DNA of 63,630 nucleotides, the filler included, from Intoshia linei (taxonomy: Eukaryota > Animalia > Orthonectida): the NCBI GenBank assembly GCA_001642005.1. It is 6 parts of 6 records of this genome, joined end to end, with 100 filler letters (N's around TTAATTAATTAA, not from the genome) between each part and the next. Parts side by side here need not be neighbours in the genome. Positions count along the whole stretch, not along the records: positions 11,329 to 26,080 come from LWCA01000954.1; 5 more parts are not named here. One strand, given 5' to 3'. Both the position numbers and the translations under genes were made by a program. The notes below the pieces were generated by a model. That model did no database searches. It was not told the DNA's origin and was given only the letters and a program-made list of their open reading frames with translations. This document shows positions 11,533-24,709 of this stretch, one piece after another (positions within the stretch are counted from its first letter, which is position 1; each line of letters opens with the position of its first letter).

Positions 11533-14500
11533 ATGGACTTGCTTAAAAACCTTGGGCTAAAAAAAAAGATATTTCCTCTATCAGTAAAAATTGAATTAGA
11601 TGGAAATAAAAAAAATAAAGATAAACTAAACACTTCTGACCACTTATCGTATACTGCAAGTTTTTCAGGTGATATTTTTCAGGTATATTTACTTTCAAAT
11701 ATCAATTTCACATAAAATTAAAAAAAATATCCCATACCCAAATAATATGTAGCCGGTACAAACATAATATTGTATATACTACTATTTTACACTTTTGTAG
11801 TAAATTCCAAGTAAATAAATTATATACATATATTGTATGTTGCATAGAATGTATTGTATATACTAATATTATAATCATATAATCATAATATTTATAATCA
11901 TATATTATACGTTTCACAGTTGTACATACAGAATGTATAAAATTTTCATATTTATTTTAGTTTAATTTTGGGTTTTAGAAATTTTTATTGAACCAAACTT
12001 TAAGGTGGGTTTTTAGATATTTTTTTTGAACCAAATTTTCAACATGGGTCTTTTTTGAACATAATTTTAAGGGGCGTTTCTTAGAAATTTTTTTTATACC
12101 AAATTTGAAGAGTGTTTTTAGGAAATTTTTTTTTAACCAAACTTAAAGACAACCATAAAGTTTGCTTTAAAAATATTTCTAAGAAACGCCCCTGAACATT
12201 TGATTCAAAAAAGCTTCTAAAGAAACCCCATAAAGTTTTGTTTAAAAAAGTTAGGGGTTTGTAAAAGTGGATTTTTCTCTTAAAGGTTGGTAAATTTTGA
12301 TTTTTAATAAAAATGGTAAAAACGAAGTTTAAGCATATTCTGTTTTATTTTTATATATAAAAATTCTAAGGTCATTCTAATGACCATCTACTAATGGTCA
12401 AGGATTGGAATTAATTGATTGCAATAAATTGGTTTTTTGAAATATAAAAAAATTTCAATTAATGAAGATTGATAACAATATCATAATCATTTTTAAAAAA
12501 CTGTCATGTGGTTATAATGAATATACTAAGATGCTGTATATCTGAAGTACATAACAGTCAAGCTAGTAGGTTAAATCAATCATTTTTCTGGTGACAAACG
12601 CGTTTCTATTTTTTTAAAATTGCATAGAATAATTAAAAGTTGTTAATATTTTATTATACACTATCAAAATATTTTAGTTGTATTATATTTTATTTTTTAC
12701 TTTAAATTTGAAAATAAAATTGTTTCTGGAAATAAATAAAGCATGGTGGGACTGTGATACGCTATAACGAGTGTTAAAAGTGTCACATTGACACCTTAAT
12801 ATTGTATTATTATAAATTATAGTGTATAATTATTAAATTTAATTTTTATATCCCATCATTCGTCAATAAAAAAATTCAATTTATATTTTTTCAGTTATAT
12901 GAAAAAAACCAATTAATTGAAAATTATCTTTTCATTTTTTAATTAATTGCAATTATTTTATATAAATCAATGAATATAAAAATTAATATTTAGCAAACAG
13001 TTAATTGGTTTATACAAAATAATTGATTGCAATCCTTTATTTCCAATTCCTGTTAGTAAGTAAGGATTTCTTTATTAATTGTTAAAAATTAATAAAAATA
13101 AAATAATTTAAAATACATGATAAACCATTTCAGATTAATAATTGTATAGTTTATAATTGGAAAAATTATCAAAAAATATCCTTTTAACTGTTTTAAACAT
13201 CTTAAGTATTTAAATATAATAAATATACATGTATCTCGGAACGGGACATTAAATTAGATTGCCAGAGAAGGGAATGTAGAAGCAATGAAAAAATATATTT
13301 CTCTGTGGGCAAATGATTTGAAAGTCAAAAAGAAAATATTAAATACTTCAGATGTTGAAAAAATAACACCTCTCCATTTAGCGGCACGATACAACAAATA
13401 TGACATGGTCAAATATTTAATAAACAATGGAGCCAGTAATTTTTATTTTCCAATTTATATTGTAATATAGACCCTCAGAAAAACGACAATGAAGGTCTAC
13501 AACCTTTGCACTATGCAGCAAAGTACAAGAGATTTAAACTAATAAGTATGCAAAGAGGGAATAAATATTTTGATCGAAAAAGTGTAAATATTTTGTTAAT
13601 TAAATTATTCATTTTACTTTCATTGTAATGTACTATTATTTAGGTGACATTTGAGCAACTTTACGATAATTTAATTAAACCAACAATGCGAGATAGTGTC
13701 ATTTTATTTATTGCAAACTCTGGTGGAAATGTAAATGCTGAGGATATTTACGGTTGTACTCCATTACACTATGCCGCTATACGTTCAAACGAATATGGCA
13801 GTGTGGAACTACTTTTATGCATGGGAATTGATATTGAGGTTTTTTATGGTGCAATTTTATAATAAGAAAACTTGTCACTTGTTTTCTTTGAGGCGAACTT
13901 TTATATTTTTTAACCTGTGCACTGGTCTAATTTAATGGGTATAAATAACCTAACAGATTTTTTTCATGTTTAAAATTTTTTGTTTCATTTATTAAAAAAC
14001 CTTTGGGTGCATGGGATTTATATATTACAAATGGATTAATTATGGCAAACATTTGCGACATGATTTATATTAAAATAATAAACATTTTTTGATTTTTTTT
14101 ATTTATTAGCATAAAGATAACAAAGGAATGAGACCGATTCATCTTGCTATTTCTCACAATTCACTAATAATAACTCAATTATTGCTTAAACGTGATGCTA
14201 GCATAATTTGTAAAGACAAGTATGATGACACACCAATACATTTTGCCGCAATGGAAGGTTCGATTTGTATCATGGCTGGTAATTAATTATGTGTGGTTAT
14301 ATTTACTGTTAAGAAATTTGTGAACGTGCCGAAAGATTGGGAATATTGGTGAAAGATATGATGTCAGATACGGTATAATATAAATGTTCAACTAATAATA
14401 AATTATTAATAATACTACATTAATGAATACATTGTTAATGTATTTCAATATTATATAGCAGGTGTCGGCAACCTTTTGCATCTCGTTGCCATTTTTTTAT

Positions 14501-17500
14501 ATCAATAAATTCTACTGGTTTGTTTTTGAAAATTTAAACAAGGTACATTTCAATTTTAACTGAACAGAACGGTTCTAGAATATTCAACTATTAAAATCCA
14601 GGCTGATCTGAAAATTCAGTATTAAAATGTCATAATTAGCCAATTATAATATAAAACTTTCAAAACCGTATTTAAAAGTTAAAAAATTTAAAAATAACTA
14701 ATTTATATATTTATTCAAAGAATCTCCAACATTATTATGTGGCCTACTTTTGGTCTGCGACCACTGGTTACTGACCCATGTGATATTTTACCATCATATT
14801 TATTATTATACAGTCTAAGACTTAGACTCTAACTCCTTAGTAAAGAAATTTTTGTTAGCGGAAATTGTATTTTAACGGAATTTTGAATTATTTAATTTTT
14901 TATACCGAATTTCTGTGAACCAAAAATTCCGTTAATAAAATGTTTATCTCTAAAGCTCTCTAATCTATTTTTAATGACCATCATAAATATATACTATTTT
15001 TTTTACTAATTAAAAGTTAATTTTTTACGTTTTTATCAACATTTTAATAGATATTAAATTAAATTGCGTTAATTAGAAATAATTACCATCATGGCGGAAA
15101 TATTATTTTTAACTTTAATTTATTTCTGTAAATAATTTAAAATTGATAAAATTTTTCATATACCCCCAAAAAACTCATGTTAACCAGGAGTCGACATGAA
15201 CCCCGTTGATAATGTTTTGTGTATATTACTTCGTCATGTATTATTTAAAAACTCATAATAACAAGAAATATGACCATCTAATGATTTATTGAAAAAAATT
15301 ATCATATTATTGATATTATTAATAAATATTTTCCATATAGGACAACGAACATAATACGGCATTGATGCTATCTGTTGAAAATAGAAACTATGAATGTGCA
15401 AAATATTGTTTAGAACGAGGTATTTACTCATTATAATTCAAAATGATATTTAAACCAGTGCTTTGGTCGGGTGATATTTTCTCGAAATGTTGAGATAATT
15501 CATTTTCCCATAACAGATTGAAAAACGTGGATTTTTTCTATAAAGGGATGGTAAAATGATATTTTTTCTTTTAGATTGGATGGGGTGATTTTTCTCCAAA
15601 GTTTTGGTAAAATTTCATTTTGCCATAAAATAGCGGTTAATTGGAATTTTTCCTTAAGGGTTTGGTAAACTGAGATTTTCTATCATAAATTTTTCATCCT
15701 TATCTTCTATAAACTATCTATTCGTTCTCCATTCACCGAATCATCTAAAAATATTGTATTCGCCCTCTAATATTATTTAACAATTTAATTATTCAACCCA
15801 TAAGAATCACTGATTTAAACCGTAAATAATATTCCTGATAGGATCAAAAGTGAACATACAAAAAATAAACGGAGTAATTGCAATTTATTAATAATTTTTA
15901 TATCTAAATTTTTAAGGTTACTGCTCTTCACTTGGCATCATCCAATGGAGAAATAGATCTTTGTGAATTATTAATTCAATATAAAGCCAGAATTGATGCA
16001 TTTGACAATAATATGCAAACTCCTTTACATAAAGCTGCCCAAAATGGAAACAGTGAAATTGCACAGTTTTTAATCAACAAGTATTATTGATCCTTTGTAT
16101 TTATTTCATACATATATGACTCATATTTAGTGGAGCAAATTTAGAAAAGAGGGATTCTGACAATTTTACACCTTTTTTAGTTGCAGCTAGTTATGGTCAC
16201 GTTGAAACTCTCAAAACTTTTATTTCCAATAATGTCAATATTGAAGCCATAGATCGTGACGATAAATCAGCTTTATTTTGGGCTGCTCAAGAAAACAATA
16301 TTGAAGCATTTGAGGTATAATTATTGATTAATCTATACAATTATATCAAATTATTAAATCACTGTTTCTCAACCTATTTTTCAATTGCCATGTCTCGTTC
16401 ATTTAAACTTTAAGAAATTTATATAATTGTTTAGGTGCTTTTAAAAACGGAGTCTGCTGAAATTCTCATGGATATGACAGATAAATCAGGTGACAGCCCA
16501 TTTCATGTTGCCGCCTTTAAAGGCTATGTTGAAATTGTTGATGTAATTTATTATTATTTTTTTAATATAAGAATATATGTATGTATATTGAAATAGGAAT
16601 CTATTCATCGAATATGAATATGGAATTGAATTAATTGTATTCATTCTCTCGTAATAAATTAATTCATGTATTGTTACATACATTAAAATTTAACATTACA
16701 TGTAAATAGTATAATTTTAATGAAAAACATGCATTATTATTATAAACATTATTCAAAAATTGTCTTAGTCATTAAAATAAATGTGAAAAATTTTTATAAT
16801 AATTTTTCGCATGCCTTAGTCCCTAATAATTTTTTTGTTTTTTTGTTAATAAATAAATACTTTTATTTTTTAATATTCATTATTTAAAAATTGCTAAAAT
16901 TAATAAATTTATACGAAATTTACTATAACATTTTGTATAATGTTTCAATTTTGACTAAAAATTCTTCATTATCATCGAAATTCATTCTTGGAATGATTGA
17001 TTATGGAGACGTTACAGTCTTGGTTAGACTGTACTATTAAATGTTCAGAAACATTTTATATTTTTAATAAATTTTAGATCTTAATTAAAAAAAAATCTAA
17101 TGCAGCCCTAAAAAATGAAGACGATTCAACGCCAATACATTTAGCTGCTGGTGCTGGTCATCTAAAGTAATTTTTGAATTAAAAATGAAAATATTTAGAA
17201 AATTAAATTCCAATAACAGGAATAGTTACTTTAACCAGCGTTTTCCAGCATACTTTACAGTTGGTACCCTACAATCCAAAAAAAATTTCTACTATATAAA
17301 TATAAATAACTACAAGGTTTAGTATCAGACAACCCATCTGGAAAACGCGGCCCTAAATCAACGCCACATATCATCGAACCATGGAAATAATTAATTATAA
17401 TGTCACTTTACTCAATTTTATACATTTCTGAGTGAATTTCTTATAAACTGATCTATTATTGCATACATTAATATAGAAATTAGTGTTGTAAAAAGAATAG

Positions 17501-20500
17501 CAGAGTACAACAAAGCAAGTGTTAAATATGAAAATGAAGATTCAGAGACACCACTACATTTAGCTGCTACAGCAGGACATATTTATGTGGTTAAATGTTT
17601 GATTGAATATGGGTCTTCAGTCGAAGCCATGTAAATAATAAAATTATAAAATATTCGAAAAAAAACAATTACAAATTACATTTCCAATAGAAATTACAAA
17701 ATGTGGACTCCTCTAGATTGCGCTTCAGATAATGGATGGACAAAAACTTGTAAAGTTTTGATTGAATCCGATTCTCCAATAGATCAACATGATAGATCAG
17801 ATGTATTAATTATATTGGGTGTTTCCATTTTTATATTTGTTAAATGTAAAAAGGATATTTTATACAATCCTATATAATTTCGATTTTAAACTATTAAATT
17901 CAGTAATTTGTATTTAAAATTGTTGAACGAATCAAAAAAATCCATTTAAAAATCAAATTCAGATGGGCCCGCAGACCACCTGAAAAATAACTTGTTTATA
18001 ATCGATAATAAATAATACATAGTATAAGAATCAAGGACAGTTAGCTCTCAATTTGTTATTTATGTAATATTAAGAATAGTTGGCAATAAAATGACAAACG
18101 CAATCGAAGAGATTGATTTGAATGTTTTTGAATGCGAAATGGTTTTTTTATTTTAAAAATACACTCATTACTGGTAATTGGTTATCAAATGCTCAAAATT
18201 TTCAAAAATTGTGACAGCCTAATATATATATAGTAAATGTCAGTAAGAAATTTGAGAACCAAACGTGTCGCTTATATTTTTTTATATGCCATTTTAACCT
18301 TAAAAAAATTAATATGGAATATCCCTAGTAAATTTTACTAATAATCATTGTATAGCTAACTTCTTTAATGATTGCTGCAAGTAAAGGGCATTTGACAGTA
18401 ATTGATTTATTGTTAAAACATGGTGCAAATGTTCATAAACGCGACAATAATGGAAGAAATTGTTTAGATTTGGCTATACATCATAATCACGAGTAACAAT
18501 ATTAATATTTTATTTTTAATCTAGCTTTTATTCAGGTTATTTTAATATATAGTGATTTATATATTTTTTTAAATTTAGACTTGTACTGACGTTGTCAATT
18601 AATCTAGTAGGATTATCCTAAAATAAACTCATTAAAAATTCAAATCATTACTAATATAAAGTAACTAGCTTGACTGTTATATAATTCGTACAAACAGCAG
18701 CCAGCTCTGCCGAGGATCGACTTTTTAATTTATTCAAAAATGAGTGTATAATCTTAAAAACAATCAATTATAATTACAACCCTAAAAAATCGTCATAAAA
18801 AACATGAATTTTAGAAAAAATAAATTTTAAATACCTGTAGTTACACTGTACTACATCGTTTTTTTCAAAATTTTTAGATTCTTTTTAAAACGCATCCCAG
18901 AATGTATGTTTTTTTAAATTTTAGGGTTAATTTTGTTTTTAAAAAAGATCAAATTGGGTTTTTGACTCTGATATACTCAATGTTGGGTAATGAAACATAG
19001 ACATAAACATTACTCGGGAATATTTGTATTAGAAATTAAGGTTTTTTAAATTTTAATACCTTTAAATTTTTAAATAAACGGTAACACACAGATACATTCA
19101 ATTTTCTATAAGTAAAAAATTTAACTAAAAATTATGTCAGTCTGTTTGTTTCAATTTATTCAAGAACGTAAACAACGTAGAGTTTCTAAAAAATCAATTT
19201 CTAAAACAGCTTCATTGAGAGTTTGGTTTTATCTCAAATTTCCGGTTTAGAAATAGAGTACTTAAATTTCAATCTCAAAAACTTCTATCTTCACGGCCAA
19301 AATCTCATAATTTACGTCTTACATGTTAGAAACAATGAAAAACTTAATAAAAATGTCGTCTAGACCAGTGGTTATGTACCTTTTTGTGTTTGCGACACTT
19401 TTATAAACATAAAAAATTTTCGTAACAGTATTATTGTCAATAATATATTAAAATATAAAAAATAAATAAATGTATTCATAAAATTTTCAAATTTTCACGA
19501 CCCCCCTGATAAATTTCGCGACCTCTTGGTTGAAAATCACTGGTCTACACAATACAGTCTAAATCAGGCGTTTTAATTATGCGACCCCAATTAGGGAATG
19601 TGCGTATATAATATGCGTAATAGACCTATCCGCGTTATATTATAAATTTTTATTTTTATAACCAAATTTTTTAAACAATTTTTTTTTTACATATTTTTAA
19701 TGATTATTTATTCATAATTACAATTATAACATTAGTTATACTGATATTTAATAATAATAGTTGCTTATTTCATTTTATTAATAAAAAATTATTATTAATT
19801 AATTAAAACTGTTAGTTTAATAATGGTTTGAGTAAAGGTTTTTTAGTGCGACCAGCATAATATTTTTTTTCAAATTTGGGCCGCCAAGGAAATTGAGTCT
19901 GACACTACTGGTCTAGACCAGCGTTTCCTATATCCCGGTTCGCGAAATAACGTTTGAAAATTTTTTTAATGTTGCCAAGTAATTTCACTTTGATTGTCCG
20001 CGATAAATTTATCTTGAATTACCGACTCGTCGTGAAAAAAGTCTCATGGAATATTCATTTCAAATTTAAAAATTGAGTGAATATGAAGTGATAAAATTTT
20101 TTCACGTGGTAGACATTTTTTTGAATTTAAACTGTATGAAATTAATATTTTTAGTTAAAAAATGATTATTATTAAAATGAGTAGACAGAGGGCTCATACA
20201 ATATATGATACATGTATATTTAATTGTAAATTATAGAGAAGTTGCACTGTTTTTGATAAATTCGGAATATTGGGAAGCCGTATTACAATCGGAAACGTAT
20301 CCTGCCGGATTAGAGACAAAAATGACAACATTTCGACAATTGATAACACACATGCCAGGTAAATTATGATTTTGGAGATTTTTTCAAATCTAATAACACC
20401 ATGAAAACCCTTATTAATTGGTAGAAAGTCATATATTAAATTAATGTTTACATAAAATATACAATGTACGACGTAGCTGTTAAACAGCTTTAGCTTAATT

Positions 20501-23500
20501 AATTTTGCTTAAATGCTTTCACAGAGCTGATAATGTTTCTTGACATTCTTGTTTTTTCCTTGCATCTGTAAATTTAATTCATTCAGCAGTGCAGTGATAT
20601 CAGTGAGGAAATGCTGCAACATTTGTACGGTGACAATGACTAGAAAAAAATACTACATGATAGAAAACATGATTCTAAAATGATCCACGATCGACGGGTT
20701 GGCCACCTCTGATGTAAATGTTTTCATTAATTTTAATTTAAAATTTTTTTAAATAATTGGTAATTGGCGTTTTTGTTGACAAGATATAAGTTTTTGAAAT
20801 TGAAATTTATGATAATGTTGATGATTTTAAAATGTGTATCAGAATGTACAGAATGTATATTTTTGTTAACTATAAGATTTAAAATAGTATAGTTGGTGTT
20901 TTTCACCCTGAATGTCTCAATTTCTGAAAATTAAATTTGCGATAAAACATTATTCTCGAAAAACTATATTAGAAATTCTGGTTTTTTAATTTGTATGACT
21001 TTTAATTTTTTTAATAAACGGTAATTAAATGTAACAAATACACTCAGATATTTAATTTTATATACTACTTTATATTTATATATATAATTTTATGTACTAG
21101 ATTGACTGTTGTGTACTACGTACAAACAGGACCTAGCTCTACCGAGGGCACATTTTTATTATACTTAAAAAATAAATTCATTATTGAAAATCTAACTTAA
21201 AAATCCTACTATTCACTATTATCAATCCTTTAAAGGAAAAAATAAATTCACGTTGAAAATCTAATTTAAAAATCCTACTATTCACTATTATCAATCCTTT
21301 AAAGGAGTGGTTCCCAAATTTGTTTCAAGTGGAACAAATTCCGAAGGAATGAATTATATAGATTTTGACCCATATTTCTTTATTGGAAATGTGTTGACGT
21401 TCAATGCACATTTTTTTGAAATTGTAGGATCAATATTTACATTTTCAATTTTTATTTTAATCGAAATATTTTAAAAATATTGGTTGATAATATATTAAAA
21501 ATTATTTTTCATCGGGAATGCGTAGATTTTGCGGGTTGAACTTTTGTATTTATATCAACTGGAATAAGCTCTATCAGAATAATTTTTTTTTTTAATTTTC
21601 GGACCGCTAATTATTTCAAATTTTTTGTTTTAATAAAATATTTCGGAAAAAAAATATATAATTACTAAAATGATTTTTTGACCGTGAAGTCGTAATTTAT
21701 TCGGATTGAAATTTTTTGTGTGTGATAACAGGATACAACTGTACCACCTATAATTTTTTTTAAGTTTTAAATTCTAGGGCTATTTTCATTAAAAAAAGAA
21801 GGGTCATTTGGGGTTTTGGCCCTAAAGATATAATTTTTTTAAATCTTCCAACTTGTTTGGTTTTCAAAAAAAAGGAAAATTGGGGTATTTGACTGGTAAG
21901 ATGTGAGTTTGGGAAGTTGAAATTACGTTTACAAACATTCCCGGAAAAAACTGTAATTTAAATGCGGACTTTATAAAATTCTAGGATGGGTAGCTTTTGA
22001 AATAAAGTTGAACACACACACACACAAAAAAATCCCGTAGCATATTATATAAGTAAGGATAATTGTATTATATATACTATAATTATAATTGTATGTAGGA
22101 CCTATATTGTATATATATATATATTGTATGTATAATTAAAAAGTTTATATATTGTACGATATATTGCATTATAATTAATTATTAATTAATCAGACGTGGC
22201 ATTTAAAGTATTGGATCGATGTATAGAACCAGATAAAGAATATTCAATTGATCATATCAATTACAGTGTAACATTTAATTGGAGATACATCGATGATACT
22301 TTTCAGAATTGGAGTGAAGAACGAAGACGTGATTCAGGATCATCGTTGAGTATTTAATATTTGGTTAGCTATATTTAATAATTCACTATTGTAGATGGTA
22401 TTGATGATGAATCAATTGATAACTCACCATTGTATACAACAAACTTGGAAATTATAAAAGATAATCACCCTTTATGTATTATGTCTAGAGCAAAGAGAGA
22501 GAAATTATTAACTCATCCTGTCGTAACTACTCTACTCAACCAAAAATGGAATTCATTCGCTAAATATGTGTATTATCTGAATCTTTCGGTTTATTGCATA
22601 TTTTGTTTTTTCGTGAATGGATTCATTCTTTCCAGTGTTTATATAGAAAATAAAACATGGTAATATCAATAAAAATAAAAATACGCGTTTGACCCATGTA
22701 TGTTGGTTTGGTTCGGCAACTAGGTTATGAACCCATGATATTATATTCTAAATCTTAGAAACTCAGTTTAATCGGTTTAGTAACTAAAATGATAATGTGC
22801 TTTGTGGCCCATAAAGGTGGAAATTGTAACATTGATTGATTTCCTAAATACAAAACGATTTAAAATTAGTAAATTCGTTTTAGGCAGTATTCAAAAAAAT
22901 CAGGGTCGATAAACCAATTATGATAACATTCATACTCGATAATAATAATAAAATGTTAATTTTACCTATTTAGCGATACAACCTATCCCTACGAAGCTTT
23001 TCAACGTTTCTTTATTTTTTCGGGGAAATATATTTTATATATATTTATTTTGGTTATGGTACTAAGAGAGGTAATTTACACTGTAATTATTCCATCATGG
23101 CTTCTTAACCTTTTGCATAGGACAATTTAATTTTAAAAAAAGTAACCTTGGAGCAATTTAATAATTATATTAATAGCGTACCGTTATGGTGTCACTTATT
23201 GTTGAAGTATAAAAATGTAAAAATAATAATTTAATCAAAGGGCTTTCAAAATTATTATGTGTGCCAGTGGTTGCCGCCCCTAGTTTAGATACACCTATGA
23301 GGTTAAGAAGTCTAGACACCATTTTATAATTGTATAATTTTATATTTTGTAGAGTGCACAAATATATAAAGAAAAATTGCGATACATAACTTTTGAAAAT
23401 GCAATTGAATGGATTATTTTTGTTTTGGTCGTCTTATTTATCAGCGACTTTTCATTTTGCCTAGTCGATAATGGCTTAAGAAGCGTAATATATTTATCAT

Positions 23501-24709
23501 ATATAATATAACTATGATATTATTTTATAAAGATTTAGTTTTGGCAATGGCAAGTTTGTCCAGCGTTGGCTTTACTTTTAACATGGGTGGAATTACTACT
23601 TTTTATGCGAAAATTGGCAAAATTTGGAATCTATATTGTAATGTTTACAGAAATATTGAGAACATTTTTTGAATTTTTTCCGATTTTCTCTATCGCGATT
23701 GTAGCCTTTTCTGTGACATTTTACGTATTACTCAGCAATGTTGTAAGTTTTATAAAATTTTAATTGTACAATTTACATGACATTATACATGTATATAAAA
23801 TTTAGGATGGTTTTACACAAATATGGTATTCTTTGGTAAGAGTACTTGTTTTATTAATTGGAGAATTTGATTTTACCAGCATGTTTTATGATACTCAGAA
23901 TCCAATCCAAGACGCACATTATACCACATCATACATTATATTTGTTATATTTGTCATTACAATGACAATATTAATATCAAATTTACTTGTTGGCTTAGCC
24001 GTAGACGATATCAAAGCAGTACAGGAACAAGCAAATTTAAAACGATTAGCTATGCAGGTTAATCTTGTGTTATGTTTTATTTTATACATATGTAATTATA
24101 ATTAAAAAATTATAAAGATTGCATTATAATTTTATATTAGATTGATTTAACCATGGACGTTGAAAATGTTTTACCAATCAAATTAAGACGGTATTTTTAC
24201 AAGTCTAAAATGTCAATGTATCCTCGTCAAAGGAAGGGTCTTTTTTGGTCAATATTTTCATACAATGTTTCAATTAACACCATATCACATCAACTAAAAC
24301 CGGAATTGGTAATTTATTTACTACATGTATTATGTGTTCATAATGTATATAATATAGGTAACCTTTAATTAGTGAGTACATATTTTATATATTATTTTTG
24401 AAACTAATTGATGGATTAATTCAGTTTGTTGGGATTAAAAATCCGGCCATATTAGCCGCACTTTTCGAGGGACCTTATATTTTGTATATTTTTTATTATT
24501 ATTATTATTTATTGGTATATGTATTTATATTTATTTCATCATTCTAGAATAAAATTGAACAACTCCATCATGAAATAGATTATATTAACGAAAAAATTGC
24601 AGATTTAAGGTACCGTATAAGGGATATTCAGGTTATCGACGCAAATATGAACGTAATGATAAAAAAAATATTAAAACATTTGGATATCGATTATACTGAC
24701 GTCCAGTAA
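11533..24709 (+). CDS. TRPA1: TRPA-family (TRPA1-like) cation channel, more than 20 exons
   Basis: About 16 ankyrin repeats (TPLHLAARYN, GCTPLHYAA, TPLHKAAQNG, TPLHLAATAG, WTPLDCA). Linker LLTHPVVTTLLNQKW, six TM segments, pore IGEFDF, S6/TRP-like SNLLVGLAVDDIKAVQEQANLKRLAMQ, and a coiled-coil last exon ending at TAA 24707-24709. Confidence 0.95.
11970..12250. repeat. Degenerate minisatellite arranged as a foldback
   Basis: About 35-40-bp units (TTAGAAATTTT..AACCAAA.TT.AAG) followed by inverted units, e.g. GGGGCGTTTCTTAGAAAT at 12071 versus ATTTCTAAGAAACGCCCC at 12175. Confidence 0.65.
15456..15812. mobile_element. hAT MITE in TRPA intron with perfect 8-bp TSD
   Basis: CAGTG...CACTG termini, ATTTAAAC duplicated at 15448-15455 and 15813-15820, internal GGTAAA/ATTTT minisatellite. 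Confidence 0.85.
17236..17350. mobile_element. Small hAT-like MITE
   Basis: TIR CAGCGTTTTCCAG / CTGGAAAACGCGG. TSD not conserved. Confidence 0.6.
18665..19115 (-). mobile_element. Non-autonomous Helitron copy (short)
   Basis: A|CTAGCTTGACTGTTA at the 3' end, and the family 5'-end motif AAACGGTAACACACAGA...TATAAGTAA. Confidence 0.75.
19366..19542. mobile_element. hAT (Buster/Charlie-type) MITE
   Basis: CAGTGGTT...AATCACTG termini. TSD GTCTAGAC (19358-19365) / GTCTACAC (19543-19550). Confidence 0.85.
19565..19910. mobile_element. Second hAT MITE adjacent to the first
   Basis: CAGG...ACTG bounded by GTCTAAAT / GTCTAGAC. A third CAGCGTTTCC-starting element begins at 19919. Confidence 0.6.
21097..22059 (-). 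mobile_element. Complete non-autonomous Helitron (963 bp)
   Basis: On the minus strand it reads A|TCCTTACTTATATAA ... hairpin CTGTTTGTAC-GTA-GTACACAACAG ... CTAG|T. That is 5'-TC, 3'-CTAG, a subterminal hairpin, insertion between A and T and no TSD. It has a (TG)n tract near the 5' end and an internal ~69-bp tandem duplication. Confidence 0.9.
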
